From contig CAJUQN010000002.1 in assembly GCA_910588625.1 (NCBI GenBank), positions 60,323 to 124,322 of the forward strand: DNA of 64,000 bases, in the 5' to 3' direction. The stretch comes from an uncultured Oscillospiraceae bacterium. GTDB lineage: Bacteria > Bacillota > Clostridia > Oscillospirales > Oscillospiraceae. Below are positions 45,374-55,497 of this stretch, in pieces. A program made the position numbers and the translations under genes. The notes under the pieces were generated by a model. That model had not been told where the DNA came from and did no database searches. It worked only from the letters and a program-made list of their open reading frames with translations. Every line of letters begins with the position of its first letter. Positions within the stretch are counted from its first letter, which is position 1.

Positions 45374-46381
45374 TTAACAGTAGGCCCGGCGCAGGCGCTG
45401 CCGGATGGTGTTTCCATCGATGCCCGCCATGCGTCCGGTGATGATGATGCGGATGGCGGTGGCCTCCGCCTCCCGGGCGTAGAGATAGGCCACCACGGGC
45501 TGCTCCCCGAAGGGGATCGTCCGTGCCCTGGCGAGGTAGGCCATCACCGCGTTGTCGCACATCCGCTCGAAGTCGGTGAGGGAGCCTCCATTGGGGACGG
45601 CCAAGGCGGCTCCCGCTTCAGCGGCGGCCTTGAACGCGGTGTCCTTGAACACCTTGCCCAGCTCGGAGCCCTTCGCCTTGGCGATGGCGTCCGGGGACAC
45701 GCTGCCCCCCTCCACCAGCACGGAGCGCAGGAATTCGCCCGCCTTGTCCAGCCTCGCGGCGCGGACCGCGGAGCGCAGGTTGGCCCCGTCGATGAGGGTG
45801 GTGACGTAGCCCTCCAGGAACTTGCTGCCGGACTGGTTCGCCAGCGCGGCCAGCTCCTGGAAATAGGCCCGGTCCAGGATGATGTCGGCCTGCTGGGGGT
45901 CGCCGGAGGAACCCAGCACCTCCCGGGCGTGGGCAATAGCCTCCTGGAAAGTTTCCGCATAGGCCCGCAGATCCTCCTTGCGGTAGTCCTCCGCCAGCTC
46001 GGCGGGGGCGTACCGCCCGCCGCCCAACAGGAGCCTATCCTGGTCCAGCTTCAGCGCCTCGGCCTTGACCAGCGTCTTGGCGTTATGGTAGTCGTACTTG
46101 CAGCGGAACACGTCGATCAAGTCGTCGTTGCCAACGGCCTTGCCCATATCCGCGAACAGCGCGGCCTGAGCGTCGGCCAACATGGCCTCCAAGGCGGGGA
46201 AGGTGACCTCGGGCAGGTCCGGATAGCCGCACTCGCCCAGCACCTTGGCCGCGTCGTTTGCATCCTTGGCGTCGATCATCCGCTCCATCCGCTCGGCGGT
46301 GAGCAGCTTGGTCTCCAGCACCCGAATTCGGGCGGAGATGGACAGAAAGTCGTTTTCTTTGATCTTCTTCACTTTTGACAA
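45374..46381 (-). CDS. ntpC: V-type ATP synthase subunit C (d-type)
   Basis: 335 aa, helical. The position between E and F matches ntpFIKECGABD order. Confidence 0.8.
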   Translation of the reverse strand: MSKVKKIKENDFLSISARIRVLETKLLTAERMERMIDAKDANDAAKVLGECGYPDLPEVTFPALEAMLADAQAALFADMGKAVGNDDLIDVFRCKYDYHNAKTLVKAEALKLDQDRLLLGGGRYAPAELAEDYRKEDLRAYAETFQEAIAHAREVLGSSGDPQQADIILDRAYFQELAALANQSGSKFLEGYVTTLIDGANLRSAVRAARLDKAGEFLRSVLVEGGSVSPDAIAKAKGSELGKVFKDTAFKAAAEAGAALAVPNGGSLTDFERMCDNAVMAYLARARTIPFGEQPVVAYLYAREAEATAIRIIITGRMAGIDGNTIRQRLRRAYC

Positions 46382-46419
46382 GGTTTTTCCCCCTTTCCTT
46401 TTAAGTTGAAAGGGGTTTA

Positions 46420-47106
46420 TCAGTCAAACAGCACTTTGGCCACCTCGCCCGCCAGCGCGCCGCGCTGGAGCCGGATGAGGGTGTCAAAGGTGCAGTTGAC
46501 CTCCACCGCGCCGTCGCTGAGGATGAATCCGCCGTCCATGGGGCGGGTCTCCTCCGCCAGGGTGAGCATCCCGGTGCCGTTGAGGATGGCGGAGGCGCCG
46601 GTGACCACCTTGTCCAGGATGGCCCCGGCCTTGGAGTCGGTGACCTCCTCGGGCAGCTTGGGGGAGACGGACTCGGCCAGCTTCTTGTTGGCCGCCGTCA
46701 CCACCGCCTTGCCCACCTGGGCCCGGTGGCTGGGGGAGAAGATCAGCTTCTCCTTCCCGGTGGTGGACGCCTTCGCGGCCAGGTCGGCCAGCAGGGCCAC
46801 GTACTGCTCCGTGGGCAGCTCCAGCAGCTTTTTGTGGGCTGCCTGGAAGGCCTCCTCGATCACGTCCTGCTTGGCGGCCAGCGCCGCCTTGCGGCACTCC
46901 ATCTGAGCCATGGAGTCCAGATGGCGGGCGCGGTCCTCGGCGGCGGCGCGGCCCTGGGAGAGCACCTCGTCCGCCTCAGCCTTGGCCTGGGCCTGGTACT
47001 TGGCGGCGATCTCCGCCGCCTGAGCCCGGGCCTGGGCCAGCAGAGCGTCGTTTTCCGCCCTGCCGTCCTCTGCGATGCGTGCGGTAATTTTTTCAATTCC
47101 GTTCAT
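46420..47106 (-). CDS. ntpE: V-type ATP synthase subunit E
   Basis: 228 aa with an Ala/Glu/Lys-rich N-terminal coiled coil and a globular C-terminus. Confidence 0.8.
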   Translation of the reverse strand: MNGIEKITARIAEDGRAENDALLAQARAQAAEIAAKYQAQAKAEADEVLSQGRAAAEDRARHLDSMAQMECRKAALAAKQDVIEEAFQAAHKKLLELPTEQYVALLADLAAKASTTGKEKLIFSPSHRAQVGKAVVTAANKKLAESVSPKLPEEVTDSKAGAILDKVVTGASAILNGTGMLTLAEETRPMDGGFILSDGAVEVNCTFDTLIRLQRGALAGEVAKVLFD

Positions 47107-47147
47107 GTGTTTGGCTTACCGCCTTTCTGAAATCAAGTCGTGAGCCA

Positions 47148-47657
47148 TTACAGGCTGTTCATCAGCAGCAGGATGGTGCCCACCAGGGACAGAATGGCGT
47201 AGAACTCTACGATACCGCACATGATAACGCCCTTCATGTAGTCGTCGGGCTTCTTGGCTACGATGTTGATGGAGGCGGCGGCCACGCGGCCCTGGGCGAT
47301 GGCGGAGAGCAGACCGCCCAACATGATGGGCACACAGGCGAACAGGATGGCCATGCCGCCGGCGACGGTGAATTCCACGGCCTCGCCGGTGAAGGGGCTG
47401 ACGCCGCCGGAGAAGAAGCCCATGGCGAACAGGCCGAAGAAGCCGGCGGCCAGGCCGTACAGGCCCTGGGTGCCGGGGAGGGCCTGGAGAATCATGCACT
47501 TGGTGAAGTGCTCGGGGGTCTCGGACAGAACGCCGGTGGCAGCCTCGCCCACCATGCCGGTGCCCTTGGCGGAGCCGATACAGCAAAGACCGATGGCCAG
47601 GGCGATGCCGATGAAGGCCAGAGCCTGACCGCCTACCATTTCAAAAAAAGCAACCAT
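47148..47657 (-). CDS. ntpK: V-type ATP synthase proteolipid subunit K
   Basis: 169 aa, Gly/Ala-rich, a four-helix duplicated c-subunit. Confidence 0.85.
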   Translation of the reverse strand: MVAFFEMVGGQALAFIGIALAIGLCCIGSAKGTGMVGEAATGVLSETPEHFTKCMILQALPGTQGLYGLAAGFFGLFAMGFFSGGVSPFTGEAVEFTVAGGMAILFACVPIMLGGLLSAIAQGRVAAASINIVAKKPDDYMKGVIMCGIVEFYAILSLVGTILLLMNSL

Positions 47658-47658
47658 T

Positions 47659-49668
47659 TTACATTTCCTCCTTCAAAATATCTACGTATTTGGTTTCTAC
47701 TGCCAGAGGACGGAAGGCCTTGCCGCCGTCCTGGTAAAAACGCCCGAAAAATTCCAGGCATTGCAGGCGCATGGTGTGGACATAACAGCCCAGCAGGTTG
47801 AGCACCAGGTTCAGGGTGTTGCCGATGATGGCCACGATGATGAAGGGGACCAGCCCGAACACCGAGCCCAAGGTGTTGAACACCGAGGCAATGATGGAGC
47901 CCGCCATCATCAGGGCCATGAGGCGCAGGTAGGACAGGATGTCGCTGAAGTAGCCGGAGACGCCGTTGTAGATATCGCCGCCGAAGCCGATGATGCCGCC
48001 CAGGCCCTTGGCCCGGATGATGTTGCCCGCCAGCAGCAGGACTGCGCCCGCTACCAGCGCCACGGCGCCCACCGTGCCCAGCGCGGCGGGGGCGCCCGGG
48101 ATCATGGGGCCGCCGATGGCCAGGGCCGCGCCAAGGAGGATGCAGTACCAGGCGATCTCCTGGGTGATGGCGTCCAGCGGGTTGCCGTGGCGGAACTTCT
48201 CCTCCACGCTGACGGCCATGCCGGTGAACACCTGGGCCACGCCCATGAGCATGGAGCCCACCATGACCAGAATGATGTCGTTGATGGGGGTGAACAGGGG
48301 CTTCCAGAACCAGACGAAAGCGCCGGAGGCGTCGTGATAGCCCGGCACGGAGGCGGACACGCCCAACAGGTCAAAAAGCTTGGGCAGGAAGTCGCCGAAG
48401 AAGCCGCCGGTGAGACAGCCCCAGAACGCGGAGGCGATGCCGCACATGAAGAACATGGACATCATGTTGTGCATACCGCCCTTGGGTTTGGCCTTCAGCA
48501 GGAAAAAGGCGGTGCCCAGCACCATCAGCACGCCGTAGCCGATGTCGTTCATCATAAAGCCGAAGAAGATGATGAAGAACGGGGCCATCAGCGGGTTGGG
48601 GTCCACGGTGTCATAGGCGGGCATGGCGTACATCTCAGTGATGGCGGTAAAGGGTGCGGTGACGGGGTTGTTTTTCAGCTTGATGGGGACCTCGGGGTAC
48701 TCGTCGCGGGTGGGCTCCGCGATCTCCCAGGCGCATTGGAAGCCGCCCAGCACCTTTTCCAGCTGGCCCTCGTTCTCGGCGGGCAGCCAGCCGTCCAGAA
48801 GGAAGGCGGCGTCGGTGTCGATGAGCCGGAGCTTGTTCTCCTCCCGGCTGATCTCCTGGGACGCCCGATCCACACAGCTGCGCAGCAGGTCCCGCTTGCC
48901 GCCCAGGGCGGTGATGTCGGACTTGGCCTGCTCCGCCTCGCGCTCCAGGGCGGCGATGCGGTTGTTCAACAGGGCGATGTTGGCCGCCGCCGTCCCCGTC
49001 CAGCCCCGCAGGGTGACCCGGGATATACCGAAAGCCCGCATGGCCTCGTTGGCTTGGCTGAGGGCAGAGTGGTGGCAGATCAGCAGGAAGTATTGCAGCT
49101 CCCGATCACTGCCTGCGCGGATGAGCTGGGCAAGCTCCGTAGCCTGGCCCACCGCCGCCTCCAAAGCGGCAAAGCTGGTCTTGACGGGGACCGAGCAGAA
49201 ATGGATGGGCACGGTGACCGTCCCCTCCTCCTCCAAGGATACGTCCAGAGAGGACCAGGGCTCCAGCGACGCCTTCTGGGTCTGGAGCTTGGAGCGCTCC
49301 GCCGCTTTGGCAGCCAAGGCCTGCTCCGCCTCCAGCACCTGTCGGGCGGCGTCTAAGCCGTCGGCGTAGGCGCGGTCGTCGAAGAGCTGTGCCTCAGTGG
49401 CCTGGGGCAAGGGGGTGAACAGGCCGTCCTTGGCGGGGGCATACCGCCGCAGTACCTCCAGGGCGCTGCTGAGCTGTAAGCTCTGCTCTTTAGCCTTCTC
49501 CAGCCCCCCGGAATCCGGCTTGCCAAGACCCTCCCACTCAGGGTCGGACAGGTCGATGGCGGGCTCCCGGATCTCCACGCAGCCCAAGTGCTGGAGCGCG
49601 CGCAAGAGCTGTTCCCGCTCGGGGCGCAGGGCCAGCAGCCGCAGCCGTTTCATTTTGACAATGGCCAT
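47659..49668 (-). CDS. ntpI: V-type ATP synthase subunit I (a-type)
   Basis: The start was set at MAIVKMKRLRLLAL, overlapping the upstream stop by 1 nt. A cytoplasmic N-terminal half is followed by a multi-TM C-terminal half. Confidence 0.85.
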   Translation of the reverse strand: MAIVKMKRLRLLALRPEREQLLRALQHLGCVEIREPAIDLSDPEWEGLGKPDSGGLEKAKEQSLQLSSALEVLRRYAPAKDGLFTPLPQATEAQLFDDRAYADGLDAARQVLEAEQALAAKAAERSKLQTQKASLEPWSSLDVSLEEEGTVTVPIHFCSVPVKTSFAALEAAVGQATELAQLIRAGSDRELQYFLLICHHSALSQANEAMRAFGISRVTLRGWTGTAAANIALLNNRIAALEREAEQAKSDITALGGKRDLLRSCVDRASQEISREENKLRLIDTDAAFLLDGWLPAENEGQLEKVLGGFQCAWEIAEPTRDEYPEVPIKLKNNPVTAPFTAITEMYAMPAYDTVDPNPLMAPFFIIFFGFMMNDIGYGVLMVLGTAFFLLKAKPKGGMHNMMSMFFMCGIASAFWGCLTGGFFGDFLPKLFDLLGVSASVPGYHDASGAFVWFWKPLFTPINDIILVMVGSMLMGVAQVFTGMAVSVEEKFRHGNPLDAITQEIAWYCILLGAALAIGGPMIPGAPAALGTVGAVALVAGAVLLLAGNIIRAKGLGGIIGFGGDIYNGVSGYFSDILSYLRLMALMMAGSIIASVFNTLGSVFGLVPFIIVAIIGNTLNLVLNLLGCYVHTMRLQCLEFFGRFYQDGGKAFRPLAVETKYVDILKEEM

Positions 49669-49982
49669 CAGCTGTTCCCTACCCTTCCGACGATGAGCCC
49701 GGCGGCCTTGCCCAGACGCTGGCGCGCCGCCTGCTTCAGCGCCTCGCACTTGGCGTCGTTATCCGCCAGAGTCTGCTTCGCCTTCTTCTCCGCCTGGACC
49801 TCGGCGTCGGCCAGCATGGCCTTCGCCTCCTGCTCCGCCTGGGCGCGGCTGTCCTGGACAAGCTGCCGGCCCGCCCGTTCCGCGTCGGCTACGATGCGCT
49901 TGGCCTCCTCCGCCGCCTCGGCCCGCCGCTCCCTCGCGGCCTGTTCCGCCTCGGTGACCTTTTGGATGGCCTCTAAAGACAT
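49668..49982 (-). CDS. ntpF: V-type ATP synthase small coiled-coil subunit (G/H-like; E. hirae NtpF equivalent)
   Basis: 104 aa, Ala/Glu/Lys-rich. It is the first gene of the operon. Confidence 0.7.
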   Translation of the reverse strand: MSLEAIQKVTEAEQAARERRAEAAEEAKRIVADAERAGRQLVQDSRAQAEQEAKAMLADAEVQAEKKAKQTLADNDAKCEALKQAARQRLGKAAGLIVGRVGNS

Positions 49983-50049
49983 AACACTTCACCTCTCTTA
50001 CTTTCAGGGGGGGACGCACTGCACAAATCTCCCCCCATTTTCACAAGTG

Positions 50050-50078
50050 ATTTTACCATTCCGGCCCCAACTTATCAA
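50050..50078 (-). promoter_or_regulatory. promoter TTGATA-17-(TGg)TAAAAT of V-ATPase operon
   Basis: The minus strand reads CTTGATAAGTTGGGGCCGGAATGGTAAAATC. Confidence 0.65.
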
Positions 50079-50126
50079 GCCTTGATTTCAAATAAAATAA
50101 CTGAGGAGCGGATTTGGCAAGTGGTC

Positions 50127-50155
50127 TTGTTTTTGCCGTTTGATTTTGGTATAAT
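50127..50155 (+). promoter_or_regulatory. promoter TTGTTT-17-(TGg)TATAAT of gdpP
   Basis: Extended -10 TGGTATAAT at 50147-50155. Confidence 0.55.
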
Positions 50156-50211
50156 CTATTATCTATGGAATGGGCCCCTGCCCTGGGGGCGGAGAAAAAG
50201 AGGTGGTCAAG

Positions 50212-52227
50212 GTGTATCAGAAGCTGACACGGATGCTGGCTCCCCGCATTGGGTTGTATTTCGGTGTGATGCTGGCCTTTGCGGGCGTCACCGCCCTGCT
50301 GGGAGAGCGGGAGGCGGCGGTGGCGGAGCTGACCGTCATCGTGGCGCTGCTGGTGGCCTACCTGGCCTCCGCCTTCCGGCGCAAGCGGGAGGCGGACCGG
50401 TGCCTCAAGGAGATTATGGACAGCATGGACCAGGCAACCCGGGACAGCACCCTGAACTGCCCCCTCCCCCTGGTGATGTTCCGACCGGACACCGACGAGG
50501 TGGTGTGGTCCAACGATCCGTTTTTGAAGCTCACTTCCGACCAGGAGCGGATGTTTGACACCAAGCTGGCCGACCTGGCCCCCAATTTTGACAGCCGGTG
50601 GCTGCTGGAGGGCAAGAATGAGTGCCCCCAGGAGGTGGAGCTGGGCGGGCGGCGCTACCAGGTGTTTGGCGACATGGCCCGGCCCGCCGCGGGGGATGAG
50701 GAGGGGCTGCTGGCCACCACCTACTGGTTGGATGTCACCGACCTGGCGGATACCAGGGACATTTACAAGGCAACCAAGCCCGCGCTGGCCCTGCTGCTGC
50801 TGGACAACTACGAGGATGCCATCAAGGGGCAGGACGAGAACATCCGCTCCGCCATGCTCAGCGGCATCGTCCAGCGGCTGGACGAATGGGCGGAGCGCTC
50901 CCACGGGGCGTTTCTGCGGCTGGACCGGGACCGTTACCTGCTTCTTTTTGAGGAGCAGTACCTGGAGGAGTATAAAGAGGATAAGTTTTCTCTGCTGGAT
51001 AGTGTGCGGGAGGTGGTCAACCCCGCAGGCATCCCCGCCACCGTCACCATCGGAATTGGCATGGACGCGGACACCTTCGAGGAGCTGTACCGGTTTGCCA
51101 ACCTGTCTGTGGAGATGGCGCTTTCCCGCGGCGGAGACCAGGCGGTGATCAAGAACCGGTTTACCTTCGAGTTCTTCGGCGGGCGCAGCAAGGAGACTGA
51201 GCGGCGCACCAAGGTCAAGAGCCGGGTCATGGCCTCCGCCATGGGCGAGCTGGTGGCGGACGCCTCCTGTGTCATGGTCATGGGCCATAAGTCGCCGGAT
51301 TTCGACGCCGTGGGCGCGGCGGTGGGCGTGTGCGCCATCGCCCGAATGAAGGGGGTGCCGCATTATATTGTAAGGGATCATGCGACCACGCCCGCCGACG
51401 ACCTTTACGAGCGGGTGGCCAAAATACCCCAGTACGAGGGTGTGTTTCTGGACAGCCAGGAGGCCATGCTCCGGGCGGATTCCCGCTCCCTGCTGGTGGT
51501 GGTGGACACCAACCGGCCCGAGCAGGTCCAGAGTCAGGAGCTGTTGGACTCTTGCAATAAGGTGGCGGTCATCGACCACCACCGTCGGGCGGCCACCTAT
51601 ATTGAGGGCGCGGACTTGAATTTCCATGAGCTCTACGCCTCCTCCGCCAGCGAGCTGGTGACGGAGCTGATCGGCTATCTGATGGAGCCCGCCGATCTGC
51701 TGGTGGGCGAGGCGGAGGCGCTGATGGCCGGGCTGATGCTGGACACCAAGAACTTTACCATGCGCACCGGCGGGCGGACCTTCGAGGCAGCTGCTATGCT
51801 CCGCCGGGCGGGGGGCGACACTGGAGAGGTGCGCAAGCTGTTCCAGACCGACCTGGACGACGCGGTGGCCAAATACGGCATCATCCAGAACGCTAAGATA
51901 TACCGGAACGACATCGCCATTGCGGTTTCCCGAAACCAGGTGGGCCGGGTGACGGCGGCCAAGGCGGCGGATGAGCTGCTGAACATCGCGGGCATCGGCG
52001 CTTCCTTTGTGCTCTACCCTGAGGAGGGGCGGGTGGTGGTGTCCGGGCGGAGCTTCAGCGCCACCAATGTGCAGGTCATTCTGGAGGCGCTGGGCGGGGG
52101 CGGAAATGCCGGGGCCGCGGGAGCTCAGATCCCTGACAAGACGCTGGAGCAGGTGCTCTCCGAGCTCCACGCTTCGCTGGACCGGTATTTCGACGGCGAG
52201 AGGGAAAAGAAGCAGGAGCAGTCATAA
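50212..52227 (+). CDS. gdpP: cyclic-di-AMP phosphodiesterase (GdpP/YybT: 2 TM, PAS-like, degenerate GGDEF, DHH-DHHA1)
   Basis: DHH motifs MGHKSPDFDAVG, DTNRP, IDHHRR and GGGGNAGAAGAQ. It sits upstream of rplI-dnaB, as in Bacillus. The GTG at 50212 was preferred because AGAGGTGG lies upstream; the track ATG at 50170 is only ~8 nt from the predicted TSS. Confidence 0.85.
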   Translation: MYQKLTRMLAPRIGLYFGVMLAFAGVTALLGEREAAVAELTVIVALLVAYLASAFRRKREADRCLKEIMDSMDQATRDSTLNCPLPLVMFRPDTDEVVWSNDPFLKLTSDQERMFDTKLADLAPNFDSRWLLEGKNECPQEVELGGRRYQVFGDMARPAAGDEEGLLATTYWLDVTDLADTRDIYKATKPALALLLLDNYEDAIKGQDENIRSAMLSGIVQRLDEWAERSHGAFLRLDRDRYLLLFEEQYLEEYKEDKFSLLDSVREVVNPAGIPATVTIGIGMDADTFEELYRFANLSVEMALSRGGDQAVIKNRFTFEFFGGRSKETERRTKVKSRVMASAMGELVADASCVMVMGHKSPDFDAVGAAVGVCAIARMKGVPHYIVRDHATTPADDLYERVAKIPQYEGVFLDSQEAMLRADSRSLLVVVDTNRPEQVQSQELLDSCNKVAVIDHHRRAATYIEGADLNFHELYASSASELVTELIGYLMEPADLLVGEAEALMAGLMLDTKNFTMRTGGRTFEAAAMLRRAGGDTGEVRKLFQTDLDDAVAKYGIIQNAKIYRNDIAIAVSRNQVGRVTAAKAADELLNIAGIGASFVLYPEEGRVVVSGRSFSATNVQVILEALGGGGNAGAAGAQIPDKTLEQVLSELHASLDRYFDGEREKKQEQS

Positions 52228-52277
52228 CACATACCCTTGGGGCGGAAGCCCCATACCGAAATAGGAGGAACTGAACA

Positions 52278-52727
52278 ATGAAAGTCATTTTACAGCAGGA
52301 CGTGAAGGGCCAGGGCAAGAAGGGCCAGATGGTGGACGTATCCGACGGCTACGGCCGTAACTTCCTCCTGCCCCGGAAGCTGGCGGTGGAGGCCACCGCG
52401 GAGAACATCAACACCATGAAGATGCAGGACAAGGCCAAGGCCGCCCGCATGGCCGAAGAAAAGGCCGCGGCGGAAGCGGCGGCGGAGCAGCTCAAGGGCT
52501 GCCAGGTGAAGATCAAGGCCAAGGCGGGCCAAGGAGGCCGTCTGTTCGGCTCCATCACCAGTCAGGAGATCAGCAAGGAGCTGAAGGCCCAGTGCGGCAT
52601 CGACGTGAACAAGAGCAAGATCGTGCTCAGCGACCCCATCAAGTCTTTTGGGACCTTTGAGGTCAAGTGCAAGTTGGGCAGCGAGGTCAGCGGCGTCATC
52701 AATCTGCTGGTCATTGAGGATAAATGA
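52278..52727 (+). CDS. rplI: 50S ribosomal protein L9
   Basis: MKVILQQDVKGQGKKGQMVDVSDGYGRNFLLPRKLA. Confidence 0.95.
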   Translation: MKVILQQDVKGQGKKGQMVDVSDGYGRNFLLPRKLAVEATAENINTMKMQDKAKAARMAEEKAAAEAAAEQLKGCQVKIKAKAGQGGRLFGSITSQEISKELKAQCGIDVNKSKIVLSDPIKSFGTFEVKCKLGSEVSGVINLLVIEDK

Positions 52728-52801
52728 GAAGCGCGGAGAAGCGGCCGAACGTCCTGGCCGCTTCGCGGCGTGACAATGCAACGGAGAAGGGAGCTGAGCC
52801 T

Positions 52802-54166
52802 GTGCCCGGCGAGGAACTGAACGAATTGCAAATGCCCCATTCCGTGATGGCGGAGCAGGCGGTGTTAGGCTCCATGCTCATCCAGGAAAAGTGTATCGCC
52901 AGGGTCATTGAGAAGCTGCGGGCCGAGGATTTTTATATGCGGCAGAATCAGGATTTATTTCTGGTGCTGTTCGATATGTTCAACCACTGCGAGGCCATCG
53001 ACCTGGTGACGGTGGTGGCCCGGATGAAGCAGTCCGGGGGCTACACCGAAAGCGCGATCGTGCCCTACCTTCAGCAGCTTATGGAAATCACTCCCACCAC
53101 GGCCAACGTGATGGACTACGTGGATATCGTGGCGGAGAAAGCGCTGCTGCGCCGTGTGGGCGAGACCGCCGGAGAGATTGCGGAGCTGGTCCGCCGGGAG
53201 GAGGGGACCGGGGACCAGGTGCTGACGGCGGCGGAGCAGCGCATTTATGCCATCCGCCAGGGGCGGTCCGCCAGTGGGCTGACCCACATCTCATCCATCA
53301 TGAGCGAGGTGTATGAGACGGTCAAGACCCTCCAGGCCCAGGGGGGCGAGTTCCCCGGTATTTCCACCGGGCTCGTCGACCTGGACCGGAGAATTTCCGG
53401 CCTGAACAACTCTGACCTGATCATTCTGGCTGCCCGTCCCGGTGTGGGCAAGTCGTCTCTTGCCATGAACATCGGTGTGGAGGCGGCCAAGCACTCGGGC
53501 AAGAGCGTGGCGGTGTTTTCCCTGGAAATGAGCAAGGCGCAGTTAGGTATGCGCCTGGTGTCCACGGAGTGCTTGATGGACAACAAAAAGCTGTCCACCG
53601 GCCGCATCAACGGCGAGGACGAGTGGGGGCGGGTGGCCATGGCCGTAGCCAATCTGAGCCAGGCCAAAATGTATATTGACGACGACGCCTCCCTGTCCGT
53701 GGCGGACATCAACGCCAAGTGCCGCCGCATTGAGGATTTGGGACTGATCATTATCGACTACCTCCAGCTCATGACTTCCGCGGGCGGGGTGACCCGGGCC
53801 AGCGACAACCGCCAGCAGATCGTGTCCGATATGTCCCGCGCCTTGAAGCTGATGGCGAAAGAGCTGAATGTGCCGGTGATCTGCTTATCTCAGCTGTCCC
53901 GCGCCAATGAGACCCGGGGTACCACCCAGAGACGGCCCATGCTGTCCGACCTGCGCGACTCCGGCGCCATCGAGCAGGACGCGGACATCGTGCTGTTTTT
54001 GTACCGGGATAGCTACTATGACGAGGACACGGACGCACCCAATCTGGCGGAGTGCATCGTGGCCAAAAACCGCCACGGCGAGACAGGTACCGTCCAGTTG
54101 GAGTGGCGGCCGGAATTCACCACCTTCCGCAACTACTCCTACCGGGACGACGAGGATGACTACTGA
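52802..54166 (+). CDS. dnaB: replicative DNA helicase
   Basis: PHSVMAEQAVLGSML, Walker A ARPGVGKSS, and RecA-like C-terminal motifs. The start is uncertain: GTG 52802 (GGAGAAGGGAG upstream) was preferred, with alternatives ATG 52724 and ATG 52832. Confidence 0.9.
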   Translation: MPGEELNELQMPHSVMAEQAVLGSMLIQEKCIARVIEKLRAEDFYMRQNQDLFLVLFDMFNHCEAIDLVTVVARMKQSGGYTESAIVPYLQQLMEITPTTANVMDYVDIVAEKALLRRVGETAGEIAELVRREEGTGDQVLTAAEQRIYAIRQGRSASGLTHISSIMSEVYETVKTLQAQGGEFPGISTGLVDLDRRISGLNNSDLIILAARPGVGKSSLAMNIGVEAAKHSGKSVAVFSLEMSKAQLGMRLVSTECLMDNKKLSTGRINGEDEWGRVAMAVANLSQAKMYIDDDASLSVADINAKCRRIEDLGLIIIDYLQLMTSAGGVTRASDNRQQIVSDMSRALKLMAKELNVPVICLSQLSRANETRGTTQRRPMLSDLRDSGAIEQDADIVLFLYRDSYYDEDTDAPNLAECIVAKNRHGETGTVQLEWRPEFTTFRNYSYRDDEDDY

Positions 54167-55494
54167 TGGGAGGGCTTTTTCGCTTTGGCCTGATTCCTCC
54201 CGGCAGCGGGGTGCTGTGCGCCCTGTCCGGCGGGGCGGACTCCATGTATCTGCTGTGCCGCTTGCTGGAGGGGCGGGAGAAATACGGCTGGACGGTATAC
54301 GCGGCCCATTTCAACCACGGCCTGCGCCCCACCGCGCAGCGGGACGAGGACTTTGTCCGGGACTGGTGCGGGAGGCAAAACGTCCCGCTGTACACCTGCC
54401 GCGATAACGTGGAGGAGTACGCCGTTCGGGAAAAACGTTCCGTAGAAGAGGCGGGGCGGATTTTGCGCTACCGCTTTTTGGAGGGCCTCGCTTGGGAGAC
54501 GGGCTGCTGTGAGCGCCCCGCCTTCATCGCCACCGGCCACCACGCCGGGGACAACGCCGAAACGGTGCTGATGAACCTGATCCGGGGCTGCGGGCTCAAA
54601 GGGCTCACCGGCATTCCGGAGCGGCGGGACAACATCGTCCGGCCCATGCTGGAGGTGTCCCGGAGGGAGATCGAGGCCTATTTAGAAGCCAACGGCGTCC
54701 CCCATGTGGAGGACGAGACCAATACCGATTTGACCTACACCAGAAATAAGGTGAGGCGCCAGCTTTTGCCTCTGCTGGAGGAGCTGAACCCCCAGGCCGC
54801 GGCCCACATTGCCGCCGCCGCCCGCCGCCTGCGGGAGGACGAGGAGGAGCTGAGCCGTCAGGCTGCGCCCCTAGCCGGGCAGGGGCTGGATATCCCAGCT
54901 GGTGTGGCCATCCCCGCCCGGGTGCCGGGGGAGGCCCCGCGCCCCTTGGCCCTGCGGGCCTGTGCCATGCTGCTGGAGCGGGCGGGGCTGGGAGGAGAGG
55001 CAGTCCACCTAGAAAGCATCCTGTCCATCGCGGCGGGAGACGACTCCTCTGCCCGTTTGGATGTGCCCGGAGGAAGCGTCTGGCGGGAGTATGATTTGCT
55101 GGTGTTTTCGCCCGGTCCGAACCCAGGACCGCCGGAGCCGGTGGAGTTGGAAATGGGCGAGACCCATTGGGGAAGCTGGTCTGTCGCCTGCGCTCAGGCG
55201 GTCTGTCCGGAAAAAGCGTATCTCAGCCCCTGGGAGTTCTATTTGAAGCTGGACCGCTACCTGATCCGCCCCCGGCGGGAGGGGGATAAAATCACCCTGG
55301 GAAAGCGCCCCGAAAAGACGGTGAAAAAGCTGATGATCGAGGGCCGGGTGCCGGCCCGTCATCGGGAGCTGGTCCCCGTGCTGGCCGCAGGGGAGCAGGT
55401 GGCCGCCGTGGGCGGCTTTGGTCCGGAAAGAGTCTGTCTGGCGGCGCCGGGCGCGTCCGCTTTGCATATCATCTTAAAAGCAGAGGAGAAATGA
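54166..55494 (+). CDS. tilS: tRNA(Ile)-lysidine synthetase
   Basis: PP-loop LSGGADSMYL, in tilS-hpt-ftsH synteny. Confidence 0.9.
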   Translation: MGGLFRFGLIPPGSGVLCALSGGADSMYLLCRLLEGREKYGWTVYAAHFNHGLRPTAQRDEDFVRDWCGRQNVPLYTCRDNVEEYAVREKRSVEEAGRILRYRFLEGLAWETGCCERPAFIATGHHAGDNAETVLMNLIRGCGLKGLTGIPERRDNIVRPMLEVSRREIEAYLEANGVPHVEDETNTDLTYTRNKVRRQLLPLLEELNPQAAAHIAAAARRLREDEEELSRQAAPLAGQGLDIPAGVAIPARVPGEAPRPLALRACAMLLERAGLGGEAVHLESILSIAAGDDSSARLDVPGGSVWREYDLLVFSPGPNPGPPEPVELEMGETHWGSWSVACAQAVCPEKAYLSPWEFYLKLDRYLIRPRREGDKITLGKRPEKTVKKLMIEGRVPARHRELVPVLAAGEQVAAVGGFGPERVCLAAPGASALHIILKAEEK

Positions 55495-55497
55495 GAG

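Noticed and set aside
50053-52170. A 705-aa ORF on the minus strand.
   Set aside because: It is exactly antisense to gdpP, which has unambiguous DHH/DHHA1 motifs. The translation is Arg/Gly/His/Pro-rich low complexity, as expected for the antisense frame of GC-rich coding DNA. It has no SD.
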